Source: Deltaproteobacteria bacterium
GTDB taxonomy: Bacteria > Desulfobacterota > GWC2-55-46
Direction of reading: 5' to 3'
DNA: 64,000 nucleotides
NCBI GenBank assembly: GCA_016177845.1
Contig: JACOUO010000011.1
Coordinates: 128,326 to 192,325 of the forward strand
Shown: one piece after another, positions 1 through 10,229 of the stretch
Position numbering within the stretch: position 1 is the stretch's first letter
Layout of the letters: every line of letters begins with the position of its first letter
Notes under the pieces: generated by a model
What the model was told of the DNA's origin: nothing
Databases searched by the model: none
The model's input: only the letters and a program-made list of their open reading frames with translations
Translations under genes and position numbers: made by a program

Positions 1-260
1 TGGTTGGAAGGTGTTGCTTTTTTGATGTAGATCCAAGTTGAGCCCGGATCGTCAAATATGTAGCTTGAGTAGCTGCCATCAGCTATATAATAGGTATCGC
101 CCCTGACGAGCGTAGAGGGCAGGGTGCTGTACGCGTTTGTCCAGTCTGAGCCGGAATTATTCCCTGCTGCGCCTGACCTGACATAATGTGTCGCCGCCGA
201 TGATATGGCGGGCAGGGCCAAGAACAATACCACTGCTGCTAAATATCCCAATTTCTTCAT
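1..260 (-). CDS. Partial CDS (N-terminus only; the gene continues beyond the window start): secreted protein with a signal peptide and a likely right-handed beta-helix / pectate-lyase-like fold
   Basis: Reverse complement of 1-260 translates as MKKLGYLAAVVLFLALPAISSAATHYVRSGAAGNNSGSDWTNAYSTLPSTLVRGDTYYIADGSY... This gives a signal peptide followed by a motif pattern typical of beta-helix polysaccharide-active or adhesin-like proteins. The C-terminus is outside the window, so it is unknown whether it ends in PEP-CTERM. Confidence 0.5.
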   Translation of the reverse strand, partial: MKKLGYLAAVVLFLALPAISSAATHYVRSGAAGNNSGSDWTNAYSTLPSTLVRGDTYYIADGSYSSYIFDDPGSTWIYIKKATPSN

Positions 261-384
261 TACAACCTCCTTGAATCCAAACAAACTGCCTTGGTAAATT
301 TGCATATAATTCAATTGCTTTGATTAGGATACAGGAGATTGAAATGTAAAAATGTGATTTAAATCACACCATTGTGTTTAGATT

Positions 385-2340
385 TTAATAGAGGTTCTTA
401 GATGTTTGCGGCATGGTTTTCCGGCCTCCGGCGCTTGCCTGTTCAGGGCCTTCTGCGATATAAAGCCTGTGCCAGATCTCAAAATTTATGAGCGGGAAAA
501 TGAGCCGTCCGTTATCTTCTTTGCCGCTCAGATGATTGTTTACAATTGCGGCTACTGCCTTTTTGTCAAAAAGCCCATGTGAAAGGGCATCGCTTCCGCA
601 TAAAAGCTCCAGTGTGAATTCCTTAAGCTCAGACTTTATCCAGTTTGATATCGGGGTAGGGAATCCTTCTTTTTTTCTATATATTATCTGCTTTGGCAGG
701 AGCCGCTCCATGCTCTTTTTGAGTATGTATTTGGTCTCAAGCCTTTTGACCTTTAATCTTGCCGGAAGCTGGAAGGCAAGCTCCACAAATGTATAATCAA
801 GGAAGGGCACTCTTGCTTCAATCGATGTTGCCATCCCCATCTTGTCTTTCTTCATCAGGAGGTCATCCGGGAGCCATACATTCAGGTCAAGGAGCAGTAT
901 CTTATCAAGGTTATCGAGCCCGTCAGTCTTGTTGTAATATCTTTCGAATACATCGGCGAAAGTATTTTTAATGCCTGTATTTGATTTTAACAGGCAATCC
1001 TTAATATCGTCGGTAAAGACCGTGTGCCAGGACATGTACCTGTCCCTGAAGTCCGGTATGGACATTGAACGGTGTCCTTTTTTGAGCAGCGGCGACCTTG
1101 GAAGCATGAATATCAGATGCTTTAAAAGACTCTCCCTCATGATCTTAGGCATGAGTTGATAGTAATCCGAAAGTATCTCTCCCCAGTGCCTGTTGTACCC
1201 CGCAAAGAGCTCGTCTGAGCCTTCGCCCGTAAGGAGCACCGTAACTCCATTGTCCTTGGCGAGCTTAGAGACAAAATAAAGCGGTATCGAGGCCGGCTCT
1301 CCTATGGGCTCGTCCTGATGCCATACGGCTTTAGGCAGAAAATTGAGGAAGGTCTCTGAATCAACCACGACTTCGCGGTAATCGCTTTTGAAATGCCTTG
1401 CCACAATGCGGGAGTACTTGAACTCCGAGATGCTGTCATTGCCTTCTTCAGTGTAGCCGACCGTGAATGATGGCACTGATGATCCGTTTATTTCTGTCAT
1501 CAGGCCGAGTATGGCGCTTGAGTCAAGCCCTCCGCTAAGGAGCGCACCGACAGGCACATCGCTCTGAAGCCTTTTTTTTACAGACTCCCTCAGGCTCGTA
1601 TAAACCCTGTCAGCTACCGCGTTTTCATCGGCCTTTTCAATATCCTTTAAAGCCGCTGAATTCTTCTTCAGCTCCCAGTACCTCTGTATTGTGCTTTCTC
1701 CCTTGCGTATCACCATTGTATTGCCGGGCTGGAGCTTTCTGATATCTTTAAACATTGTTCTCGGGCCAGGCACATAATGCAGCGTCAGGAAGTTGCTCAG
1801 GGCCTGCGTATCGACCTCCCTTGGCACATCCCTGTCAACAAGGATCGATTTTATCTCAGAGGCAAAGGTGATGAACTCATCATTAATATAGTAGTACAAG
1901 GGCTTTATTCCCATGCGGTCCCTTGTGATAATCAACTCCTGTTTCCTTGAGTCCCAGATAGCTATGGCGAACATGCCGTTGAAGCGGTTCACGAAATCAA
2001 GCCCGTATTCCTCATAGGCATGCACAATTACTTCGGTGTCGGTCTGCGAACTGAAGGTGTGCCCTTTGCCCCTTAGCTCGGTCTGAAGATCTTTGTAATT
2101 ATATATCTCTCCGTTAAAGATAAGCGCGATTGTTTTATCTTCGTTGAACATGGGCTGGTGTCCGAGAGGGGAGAGATCGATGATACTGAGCCTCCTGTGC
2201 CCGAGTCCGATATTGTTGGAGAGAAAGAAACCCCTGTCATTCGGGCCCCTGTGCTCAAGTATATCTGCCATCTTCTCAAGGAGCTTCGGGTCTACTTTCC
2301 TGTCTTTTTGAAAAAATAATTTTCCGCAGATTCCGCACAT
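385..2340 (-). CDS. asnB: Asparagine synthase (glutamine-hydrolysing), of the type associated with exosortase/EPS loci
   Basis: 651 aa with the N-terminal MCGICG Ntn-glutaminase motif, a central PP-loop SGGLDSS and the AsnB C-terminal domain. It sits at the edge of a PEP-CTERM-type EPS locus, as the TIGR03108-like exosortase-associated amidotransferases do. Confidence 0.9.
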   Translation of the reverse strand: MCGICGKLFFQKDRKVDPKLLEKMADILEHRGPNDRGFFLSNNIGLGHRRLSIIDLSPLGHQPMFNEDKTIALIFNGEIYNYKDLQTELRGKGHTFSSQTDTEVIVHAYEEYGLDFVNRFNGMFAIAIWDSRKQELIITRDRMGIKPLYYYINDEFITFASEIKSILVDRDVPREVDTQALSNFLTLHYVPGPRTMFKDIRKLQPGNTMVIRKGESTIQRYWELKKNSAALKDIEKADENAVADRVYTSLRESVKKRLQSDVPVGALLSGGLDSSAILGLMTEINGSSVPSFTVGYTEEGNDSISEFKYSRIVARHFKSDYREVVVDSETFLNFLPKAVWHQDEPIGEPASIPLYFVSKLAKDNGVTVLLTGEGSDELFAGYNRHWGEILSDYYQLMPKIMRESLLKHLIFMLPRSPLLKKGHRSMSIPDFRDRYMSWHTVFTDDIKDCLLKSNTGIKNTFADVFERYYNKTDGLDNLDKILLLDLNVWLPDDLLMKKDKMGMATSIEARVPFLDYTFVELAFQLPARLKVKRLETKYILKKSMERLLPKQIIYRKKEGFPTPISNWIKSELKEFTLELLCGSDALSHGLFDKKAVAAIVNNHLSGKEDNGRLIFPLINFEIWHRLYIAEGPEQASAGGRKTMPQTSKNLY

Positions 2341-2345
2341 TTGTT

Positions 2346-3209
2346 TTATACCTTGTTTTTTAAGAGCATCAGTTTACGGAGCTGGTGTTTCTGGAGGAAA
2401 TCAATGAACTCCCTGTCGTTTATCCGCTCCTCTTTTTTTATGTATGAACTGAAAAAGCCAAGCATCATTCCAAGCCCGTCAGGCGGGGACTTCAAGATGC
2501 ATTTAGCTGAACGGAACATGAAAAACAGCGGATGATAGCCCATGAAATAAGAGCCTTTACCGCGTTGAATGCCTGAATTGAAAAAACCGTGGGCCTTGCC
2601 CTCAGGCCTGTGATGCATGACGATAAGGCCAGGCACAGGCTCAGCATCCCATCCGTTCATCCTTGCCTTTATTTCATCTATTCCGTCCCAACCCATGGCC
2701 TCCACAAGGCCGCCGATTTCTTCGAAGCAATCCCTTTTGTAAACCTTTGACGCGCCAAGGGTATGTCCTTTTGACGACTTCTCTTCAATCATCCTGCCAT
2801 TTTTGATTATGTGGCTGATGCCGCTTGAGATGCCAAGCCGTGGGTTGAGAATAAAGAATTTGAAAATCCTCTCGAAGAAATTCTTCTCAAAAGAAACATC
2901 CCCGTCGAGTTTTACAATGTATTCATAATCTTCATTCTGCAGGTGTTCAAACCCTTTATGAAAGACTTTTACTACATGGCCGCCTCTAACCCTTTTTGAG
3001 GCAGGCAGGTTCAGTAATTTTATCCACGAGAACTCATTTGCGTATTTCTCGGTTATCTCTCTCGTGCGGTCTGTTGAGCCGTCATTGACTATTACCCATG
3101 CGCTGGGCTTTACGGTCTGCGAGATAACCGACCTTATCGTGAGTTCTATGTAGCTTTCTTCATTTTTGACCGGGGATATAATAATGTATTTCGGCCAGAA
3201 CAGGCTCAT
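2346..3209 (-). CDS. Family 2 glycosyltransferase
   Basis: 287 aa with a GT2 N-terminal signature (IIISPVKNEE...VIVNDGSTDRT) and a DxD-type region. It overlaps the next gene by 4 nt, indicating an operon. Confidence 0.8.
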   Translation of the reverse strand: MSLFWPKYIIISPVKNEESYIELTIRSVISQTVKPSAWVIVNDGSTDRTREITEKYANEFSWIKLLNLPASKRVRGGHVVKVFHKGFEHLQNEDYEYIVKLDGDVSFEKNFFERIFKFFILNPRLGISSGISHIIKNGRMIEEKSSKGHTLGASKVYKRDCFEEIGGLVEAMGWDGIDEIKARMNGWDAEPVPGLIVMHHRPEGKAHGFFNSGIQRGKGSYFMGYHPLFFMFRSAKCILKSPPDGLGMMLGFFSSYIKKEERINDREFIDFLQKHQLRKLMLLKNKV

Positions 3210-4411
3210 AGAGCATTGCCTGAAATTAGTCCGTTTACGGTCTTGATATACCGTTCGGACATGACGGGCCAGGAGATATTGCTGTAAGCCTGTGAAGCGT
3301 ATTCAGAGTATTTCCTGCTCTCCTCTGGATTACCGCACATCTCGATTATTTTTTTTGACAGGTCATTCGGGTTGCCCGGCTCAAAGTACATGATGCTTCT
3401 GTCATCGAATATGGATGTTATCGACTGAAGGCGTGAGGCGACAACGGGCATTCGCATCGATACATACTCGAATATCTTTGTTGAGAGTGCGAGATTCATG
3501 AAAGGGTCGCTCAGGTAAGGCACTACCCCGAAGTCAGACCTGTTGATAACCTCGATTATTTCAGAAAGACCCAGAAAACCGCCAATGGTCACATTGTTTT
3601 CAAGGCCTTTAGCTTTTATCTGCGCCTGAAGTTCAGCCTTATATGAAGGGTCGTATTTTCCGTATATGCATAATTTGGTCTCAGGCATTTTTTCCCTTAA
3701 TTCCGCTACCGCATCGATTGCTATATGGAGCCCGAATCTTTTGGCAACAGTGCCGTGATAGAGAAGAGCAGGCCCTGTCTCAATCTTTTTCCATGTTCTT
3801 TTGTGAGGCAACTCGAAGACATGGTTGTCAGCTGAGTTCAGAACAAGGGTAATCTTCTCAGGAGGCACGCCCCTTTCAATCAGGCTGTCCCTGAAGCCGC
3901 TGCTTGTAGTAATAAGCACGTCAGCGAATTTGCAAGAGATGCCTTCAAGAAACCTGACCAGTGGCAGGAGAACGATTATATTTTTATCTTTGCATTTTGA
4001 AATAAAGAGCTCGACAGTGAGGTCATGAAGGTCAAGTATTATCGGGATACCCGCAAACTTATGAAACAATCCGACAAATACCAGAAAATCGGGCATATTA
4101 TGGGCTTGGATCAGGCTGTATTTGTTCTTAAAGGAAAGCCTTATCAGCTTGAAAAAAGCAAGGAGGCCGAATAACGAGGACAGAATGAAATATTTAAATA
4201 CATTTTCCTTTGCGGCAGTGCCTTTCATAATCCTATATGCCGTTATATTGCCGAAGCGTTCCACCTCAGTTTCTTTTTTGTCTTTGAGGCATATCACATC
4301 TACCGCGATGCCTGCGCGCCCAAGCGCCTGCGCCTCTCTGAGCACCCTTGTATCTGCAGGGAAATAGGAAAAGACGACCATATTGACTTTTATCATTCTT
4401 TCAGGACTCAC
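3206..4411 (-). CDS. Family 4 (GT1-like) glycosyltransferase
   Basis: 401 aa with a GT-B fold. The C-terminal half shows the GT4/EX7E-type motif region (VVPYLSDPFMNLALSTKIFEYVSMRMPVV). Confidence 0.8.
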   Translation of the reverse strand: MSPERMIKVNMVVFSYFPADTRVLREAQALGRAGIAVDVICLKDKKETEVERFGNITAYRIMKGTAAKENVFKYFILSSLFGLLAFFKLIRLSFKNKYSLIQAHNMPDFLVFVGLFHKFAGIPIILDLHDLTVELFISKCKDKNIIVLLPLVRFLEGISCKFADVLITTSSGFRDSLIERGVPPEKITLVLNSADNHVFELPHKRTWKKIETGPALLYHGTVAKRFGLHIAIDAVAELREKMPETKLCIYGKYDPSYKAELQAQIKAKGLENNVTIGGFLGLSEIIEVINRSDFGVVPYLSDPFMNLALSTKIFEYVSMRMPVVASRLQSITSIFDDRSIMYFEPGNPNDLSKKIIEMCGNPEESRKYSEYASQAYSNISWPVMSERYIKTVNGLISGNAL

Positions 4412-4427
4412 TTTCCTCCTACTGGGA

Positions 4428-5357
4428 TCAGATAGCGCTCAATCTGAGTTCTGCGTTAAAGGAAAAAAGCCATTTAAGGCAGGAGATGCTTCTTTTTATT
4501 TTTTGGGCTGAGGTATTTCTTTCTGAAGGCTTCAGGATAAAGACGGCTGCGCCGCGTATAACCCTGATGATCTGGTGTAGGAAAACGATGAAAAGATAAG
4601 TGAACTGCGCGGCCCTGCCGTGGTGTTTTCTCCAGTACTGGATGTTTGCTTTCTGCATTTCGATATAAAACTTAATTGGCGCGTTTGCCGAGCTTGAGCC
4701 CCCGAAGTGGATTGCTTTGGCATTCGGATAAAAGACATTGCGCCAGCCTGCGTCTCGAAACCTTTTGCACCAGTCCTTATCCTCCGCGTAGAAAAAGAAT
4801 CTTTCATCCAGAAGGCCCACCTGGCTGAGAGCCTTGCGCCTTACTATCATAAAGCAGCCGCTCAGCACGTCCACATCACGGGTTTTGTCATGCGGGAAAA
4901 AAGTCAAACCCCTGAATACCCTCTCAAAACCGAGGGCTGACAGAAAACTCGAAACTATCGTTGGAAATCTCCTGCAGGTCCTCTGCAGTGTCATATCCTG
5001 ATTTAAGACCTTTGGGCCCAGCACGCCTATTGACGGTTGGGCCTCCATAAAAGCGATCATGTCCTCAAGGCATTTTTCAAGCACGATTACATCAGAGTTA
5101 ATAAGGCATATGTATTTTCCGAGACTGTTCCTGATGCCAATGTTGTTGGCTTTGGCAAAACCAAGGTTGCTGTTATTCTCAATCAGTTTTACAGCAGGAA
5201 AGAATCTTTTTACCGCCTGTTGTGAGCCGTCGGTAGATAAATTATCAACTACTATGATCTCCGCTTTAACTTTGTCTGTCTTCGCGTAGATGGAACTGAG
5301 GCAATCCATAAGGAATTTTTTTGCGTTCCAGCTGACTATCACAATAGAGAGATCCAT
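4428..5357 (-). CDS. Family 2 glycosyltransferase
   Basis: 309 aa. The N-terminus MDLSIVIVSWNAKKFL...IIVVDNLSTDGS and ...YAEDKDWCKR are typical of GT2. Confidence 0.8.
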   Translation of the reverse strand: MDLSIVIVSWNAKKFLMDCLSSIYAKTDKVKAEIIVVDNLSTDGSQQAVKRFFPAVKLIENNSNLGFAKANNIGIRNSLGKYICLINSDVIVLEKCLEDMIAFMEAQPSIGVLGPKVLNQDMTLQRTCRRFPTIVSSFLSALGFERVFRGLTFFPHDKTRDVDVLSGCFMIVRRKALSQVGLLDERFFFYAEDKDWCKRFRDAGWRNVFYPNAKAIHFGGSSSANAPIKFYIEMQKANIQYWRKHHGRAAQFTYLFIVFLHQIIRVIRGAAVFILKPSERNTSAQKIKRSISCLKWLFSFNAELRLSAI

Positions 5358-6667
5358 CAGCTCTGTGCCTGCGCAGCAACCATCTGCTCGGCTGATTTTT
5401 TTACTCTTGCAGCCTTATCGGTTATAGCCCTGGATACTGATATCAGGGCTATAAGCATGTAGAATATGACCTTTATCTGATCCCAATATGACACGCCCAT
5501 GAACGAGATTATGTGAACAAAGAGTGAAGCGCCCAGGCCCCACATGACTTTTTGCATGGCAGGTGTCTTTTTAAGAGATTTGACAGCCTTGCCGACTGAT
5601 TGAAAAGAATACGAGAGTATTGCTATGAACAGGGCAAGGGTTATCATGCCTCCGTCAACTCCGACCCTTACGAACTGGTTTGTAACATCAAAAAGGTAAT
5701 ACCCCCAGCTGCCGGTGGATTGGACGCCGACAAGCCACCATTCACCGACCCTTTTTATGAACTGGTCGACAAGGTGAAACCTGTGATAGGCGGTTGAGGC
5801 TCCAAAGACTTTTATCTTCATTATAAGCGACCAGACAGGCGCTTTCATAACTATGTGCAGAAATATGAGCGTAAAGACAAGGCCCCATCTGAAAAGCCTC
5901 ATTTGATTTCTGAAGTGCCACATGGTAAGAGCGAAAAAGCCCGCGGCATAGGCGAGGGCAGGGCCGCTTGATGACGAGGTGAGCATTATAAATGTAGCCG
6001 AGATAATGCCTGAGATCATTAAAAAACTGCCGTAGCCTTTCATGTGCCTTAAGTAATAAAACATTGGCACAAGCGCAGCCCCGAAGCTGCCTGCCGTAAT
6101 CGGGTGTCCGAACGCGCCCTGACAGCGCAGCTTCCCATCGCGAATAGGCGTGAATTCAGGCACTCCGCCGAATACGAAAAACGGGTTTCTCCCGGTCCTC
6201 CACTCAATGACCATAGCAATTGCAACAGGAATGCTTATTATCGCAAGGGTCTTTACCACCCAGGCTATGTCATCATAGTCCCTTACGAGAAATCTGACGA
6301 GAAAGTAAATCCCTATAATATCGAATGAGATGCCGAGCCTGTTTATGAACGCGTCCCCGGTGCGCCAAAGCAGGGTATAGGCGACTACGCCTGAGATTAC
6401 ATACCATATCATCACCTTATCTATTTTGTTGAGAGTGATATGGTACTCTGACCTAGTTATTACCCGCAGCCAGCCGAACAGGACAAGAATCCTCAAGATA
6501 TAGAAATCCAGCGAGGCTATCAGTATCCTCTGCTGCATGGGCATAAAAACCACAGCAAACATCAGAGGCACTATCGCAGCCCTTCTCGGCAGTAACAGCA
6601 TGAGAAGTCCTGAAAACAGCGTAAAAGCAAGCGCTGCAGGGTGTATCGGTATTATGTAATGGTCCAT
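5357..6667 (-). CDS. Polytopic membrane protein, O-antigen ligase/Wzy-like (PEP-CTERM-locus 'O-glycosylation ligase'-like)
   Basis: 436 aa with at least 10 predicted TM helices and a large loop containing RNPFFVFGG...RCQGAFGHPITAGSFGAAL, reminiscent of Wzy_C / O-antigen ligase families. Its position inside the EPS locus fits a polymerase/ligase. It could alternatively be a divergent exosortase-associated membrane protein. Confidence 0.5.
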   Translation of the reverse strand: MDHYIIPIHPAALAFTLFSGLLMLLLPRRAAIVPLMFAVVFMPMQQRILIASLDFYILRILVLFGWLRVITRSEYHITLNKIDKVMIWYVISGVVAYTLLWRTGDAFINRLGISFDIIGIYFLVRFLVRDYDDIAWVVKTLAIISIPVAIAMVIEWRTGRNPFFVFGGVPEFTPIRDGKLRCQGAFGHPITAGSFGAALVPMFYYLRHMKGYGSFLMISGIISATFIMLTSSSSGPALAYAAGFFALTMWHFRNQMRLFRWGLVFTLIFLHIVMKAPVWSLIMKIKVFGASTAYHRFHLVDQFIKRVGEWWLVGVQSTGSWGYYLFDVTNQFVRVGVDGGMITLALFIAILSYSFQSVGKAVKSLKKTPAMQKVMWGLGASLFVHIISFMGVSYWDQIKVIFYMLIALISVSRAITDKAARVKKSAEQMVAAQAQS

Positions 6668-6678
6668 TTTTTTCCTGA

Positions 6679-7719
6679 TTACGCTAGGTATCTGTAGAAA
6701 AGCCCGCCAAGTATCCTGTTTGAAAATACAGGCATTTTTTTAAGCATGCCGCTTGCCAGCCGGTTCAGTGCGCTTCCTTCTCTCTTGAGTTTCTCTCTTC
6801 TCTCAGGTATGAATACATACCCCATCTTTATCTTTTCCGCGCCCCATCTTGATTTATATTCCATAAGCCCTGTATTACCGGAAAAAGTCCTGCCAAAATC
6901 AAATTGCCTGAAGCCGCAATTAACTGATGATTCTATCGCTTTCCACATAAGGAGCTGGTTTGGCCCAACATTTATGAACTCAGGGTCTGAAGCGCCGAAC
7001 TTATAGTATGCGGTGTCCTTGTATTTCAAAAGCACTATGCCAGCAAGGTTCCTGGAATCCTTTGTGGCAAGGAGCACAGAGGCCATGTCCCTGGGATTGA
7101 GGACCTCCCAGATGTTCCTGAAAAACCTGAAAGGCTGAACAGGCACCCCTTGTTTTCTGCGGGTCTTGAGGTGCAACTCGTAGAACGCGCGCATGTGCTC
7201 AAGTGATGTGCCTTCAACGATCTCAATTCCGTTCTTCTGTGCTTTTTTTATGGGGCGCTGAATGCAATCCTTATGCAGCGAGCGTAGTAAGGCTTCTGTA
7301 CGGCAGCCAAGCTTAAGAACAAAATTGAAGTAGTCGTCCTCCTGATTCCGTTCAATTCCGTCAAGCCTGTATGCTCTAAGCTCCAGTGATTTTACGCCTC
7401 GCTTTTTCCGCTCGGATTCAAGCTCTGCCATAAGAGCATTGAATTCATCAGGGCCCGAAACGAGTGGATCGCAGCAGTCTGAAAATGGATATGAGATAAA
7501 CCTCTTGCCTGAGATCAGGCTCGAAGCAAGCACAAGCGGAACAGCGCTTATGATTTTTCCATCGGCTTCGCTGACAAAATAATCAGTTTTAAACCCATAA
7601 GTCTTCTCGATTACCTCATGCCAAGCCCTGTGATGATATACAGTGCCAAGGGGATGGTTTTCGACAAATGAATTCCAGTTGTCCTCTTGGATGGAGTTTA
7701 TGTCTAAGAGTGAGAACAT
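6679..7719 (-). CDS. FemAB-family protein, PEP-CTERM system-associated type (GNAT-fold aminoacyl/acyl transferase-like)
   Basis: 346 aa, MFSLLDINSIQEDNWNSFVENHPLGTVYHHRAWHEVIEKTYGF..., the canonical N-terminus of the FemAB-like proteins found specifically in PEP-CTERM/XrtA loci (TIGR03019-like). Confidence 0.75.
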   Translation of the reverse strand: MFSLLDINSIQEDNWNSFVENHPLGTVYHHRAWHEVIEKTYGFKTDYFVSEADGKIISAVPLVLASSLISGKRFISYPFSDCCDPLVSGPDEFNALMAELESERKKRGVKSLELRAYRLDGIERNQEDDYFNFVLKLGCRTEALLRSLHKDCIQRPIKKAQKNGIEIVEGTSLEHMRAFYELHLKTRRKQGVPVQPFRFFRNIWEVLNPRDMASVLLATKDSRNLAGIVLLKYKDTAYYKFGASDPEFINVGPNQLLMWKAIESSVNCGFRQFDFGRTFSGNTGLMEYKSRWGAEKIKMGYVFIPERREKLKREGSALNRLASGMLKKMPVFSNRILGGLFYRYLA

Positions 7720-9033
7720 TTAAAAATTCAACAGCCTTCTTACGAAATCACCGAAGTTGATGGAATCAACATCAGAGGAGATGGTAAAGGCGCTTGCCGC
7801 TCCGTCAGGCCATCTCCATAAACGGAGCAGGGGAAAGGTGGAATTATCGATTGATTCGAGGAGAGGGAGCTTGTCTTCTTCCCTGAAAATCTCAAATCCT
7901 CGAATGAAGAGGGTCTCTTTAACCTCGTTTTTGGCGCGCTGAACAAAAAAACCTTCGTTAACGAGGAAATGCTCCAGACTTTCCGATGCCTTTTCAGAAA
8001 TGTTTATCATATGTTTTGAAGGATTATCAGATTCGAAAATGATTTCATTCTCAGCGGTCCAGTCAATGGCAGCTATCCTGTAGGTCTTGAAAAAGTATGG
8101 CCCTGAGCCGTCATTATTTGATTTAACAAGGATAGTTGACGAGGCAGGAGCGGATATTTTTATGCTTGATATTCCAGCTTTTTTTTGAAGCGCCCATTTT
8201 GACCGGCTTCTCATCAGCCACCATTCTGATATCTCATTAAGTCCGGCAACCCATACTTTGGCCCTGTTTTTTCCGGTCTCTTCGAGAGTTTCTTTTATGG
8301 AGCTTCTGATGTACCGGAATCTTTCAGGATGGAAAAGAAGGTGGAACAATTCGCCGCGTTCGTGTATGTCCTTGAAGATTCGTCTCCAGATATTTGTGAT
8401 ATCGGAATTGTTCTTAATCCTCAATCTCTCGTAAATCATCTCATCATCAGGCGCGGTGATAGGTATGTCGATGAGCCTGTCTATAAATCTCGGCACTGAA
8501 ACCGAGGAGCTTGCATCAAGGATTTTGTAGATATGTCCGAGCTTTTTCAGATGGTTCCGGCTATGTTTGTCAGTACCGATGTTTTTTTCCCACCTAATTA
8601 CATTATTGCTGGTCCAGACATACGGGCTTGAGACAAGAGCGTCTATCGTGTGAGTATTATAACTCAGGTACGGACACCTGAACCCCCGAACAGGCATCCC
8701 GTATTTCTCAAAATTCTCAAAACTTCGCCTGATTATCTCTATCTGCTCATCCCTGTTTTTCATCTTCAGGTTGGTATGAAAAAAACCATGCGCCGCGAAC
8801 TCATGGCCGTTCTTGAATTGTTTAATGAAATTCAGATGTTTATCAAGAAGGCTTGCCGTTATGCAGAAAGTCACCTTAGGTTTTGTCCCGTTGAACTCTT
8901 TTTCAAGATAGGACATCATCTCCGCGAATCTTCTCTTCCCGAATGTATACCTCCAAATTATCTGAGCGGAACGTTCCAAAGCATGGAGCGTGCCTTTGGT
9001 CTCAATAATATGTTTTAAGAATTGTTTGAGCAA
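7720..9033 (-). CDS. Polysaccharide deacetylase family protein, PEP-CTERM-locus subfamily (with an extra C-terminal domain)
   Basis: 437 aa. The region KVTFCITASLLDKHLNFIKQFKNGHEFAAHGFFH...FRCPYLSY matches the NodB-like deacetylase domain with a divergent first motif, as seen in TIGR03006-like proteins. A ~170-aa C-terminal extension is present. Confidence 0.7.
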   Translation of the reverse strand: MLKQFLKHIIETKGTLHALERSAQIIWRYTFGKRRFAEMMSYLEKEFNGTKPKVTFCITASLLDKHLNFIKQFKNGHEFAAHGFFHTNLKMKNRDEQIEIIRRSFENFEKYGMPVRGFRCPYLSYNTHTIDALVSSPYVWTSNNVIRWEKNIGTDKHSRNHLKKLGHIYKILDASSSVSVPRFIDRLIDIPITAPDDEMIYERLRIKNNSDITNIWRRIFKDIHERGELFHLLFHPERFRYIRSSIKETLEETGKNRAKVWVAGLNEISEWWLMRSRSKWALQKKAGISSIKISAPASSTILVKSNNDGSGPYFFKTYRIAAIDWTAENEIIFESDNPSKHMINISEKASESLEHFLVNEGFFVQRAKNEVKETLFIRGFEIFREEDKLPLLESIDNSTFPLLRLWRWPDGAASAFTISSDVDSINFGDFVRRLLNF

Positions 9034-10229
9034 GTTTGCCGCTCTGCAATGAAGTTGGCAATTGCGTCAGAGATGCGCTCCTGCTGCTCAGAGGTAAGGT
9101 CAGGGAACATAGGCAGAGATATGATTTCCTTTGTGACTTTTTCCGTTACGGGCAAGTCGCCATGAGTATAGCCAAAGTGCGCGTAAGCCTTCTGAAGATG
9201 CAGGGGGATTGGATAATGCAGGCCTGTTGAGAGGTCAATACCTGAAAGCTGTTTCTGTAAATTATCCCTGTCCTGTACGCGTACCACATAAAGGTGGTAC
9301 ACAGCCTTCGACCATGAAGGCTCATAGGGCGTCACTACATTTCCGCCCGCGCTCAGCCGCTCGTTGTAAAAAAGGGCGTTTGCCCTTCTTCTGGAGTTCC
9401 AGTTGTCAAGGTGTTTCAGTTTTACTGAAAGGATGCCTGCCTGAATGGCGTCAAGCCTGCCGTTGTAGCCTTCGATCTCGTGGTAGTATTTCGTGACCTG
9501 TCCATGGTCCCTGATCATTCTTATTTTTTTTGCTATTTCTTCGTTATTGGTCGTTACCGCGCCGCCTTCGCCGAAAGCGCCAAGATTTTTACCGGGATAA
9601 AAGCTGAAGGCCGAGGCAATCCCGACAGAGCCGGCCTTTTTCCACTCATTTTCTCTTCTTGAAAAATAGCTCGCGCCGTGTGCCTGGCAAGCGTCCTCTA
9701 TAACGAGCAGGTTGTATTTTTCCGCTAAATCCATGATAGAGTCCATATCAGCCATTTGTCCGTAGAGATGCACCGGGATTATCGCGGCAACAAGTTTTCC
9801 TGTCCTCAGGTCTACAAGCCTGCCTGTCTGATGATCGGTCTCGCACTTCGTCTCAAAATACTCCTTCAGTATTTCAGGCGACAGGTTATATGTTCGCTCG
9901 TCAATATCTACGAAAACAGGCGTGGCGCCGCACTGCGTGATAGCCTCGGTCGTTGCTATAAAGGTATTTGCAACTGTCACTACCGCATCCCCTTTATTGA
10001 TGCCTGCGGCTAAGAGTGCAAAACGAAGGGCGTCAGTGCCGCTGCCTACCCCGATGCAGTAAGCCGTGCCGCAGTAGTCGGCAAATTCTTTTTCGAACTC
10101 CTCAACAACAGGTCCGCCTATGAATTTACCTGTCCTTAACGCCTCTCTGAAGACAGAGACGAACTTTTCCTCTAACTTCTTATGAGGTTCTATGAGGTCC
10201 AAAAACGGTATGGATTTTGAATTACTCAT
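9015..10229 (-). CDS. DegT/DnrJ/EryC1/StrS-family PLP-dependent sugar aminotransferase (WbpE/PglE-like)
   Basis: 404 aa with an aminotransferase class-V-like fold. A conserved Lys-containing region (SFYPGKNLGAFGEGGAV) is present. Confidence 0.85.
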   Translation of the reverse strand: MSNSKSIPFLDLIEPHKKLEEKFVSVFREALRTGKFIGGPVVEEFEKEFADYCGTAYCIGVGSGTDALRFALLAAGINKGDAVVTVANTFIATTEAITQCGATPVFVDIDERTYNLSPEILKEYFETKCETDHQTGRLVDLRTGKLVAAIIPVHLYGQMADMDSIMDLAEKYNLLVIEDACQAHGASYFSRRENEWKKAGSVGIASAFSFYPGKNLGAFGEGGAVTTNNEEIAKKIRMIRDHGQVTKYYHEIEGYNGRLDAIQAGILSVKLKHLDNWNSRRRANALFYNERLSAGGNVVTPYEPSWSKAVYHLYVVRVQDRDNLQKQLSGIDLSTGLHYPIPLHLQKAYAHFGYTHGDLPVTEKVTKEIISLPMFPDLTSEQQERISDAIANFIAERQTCSNNS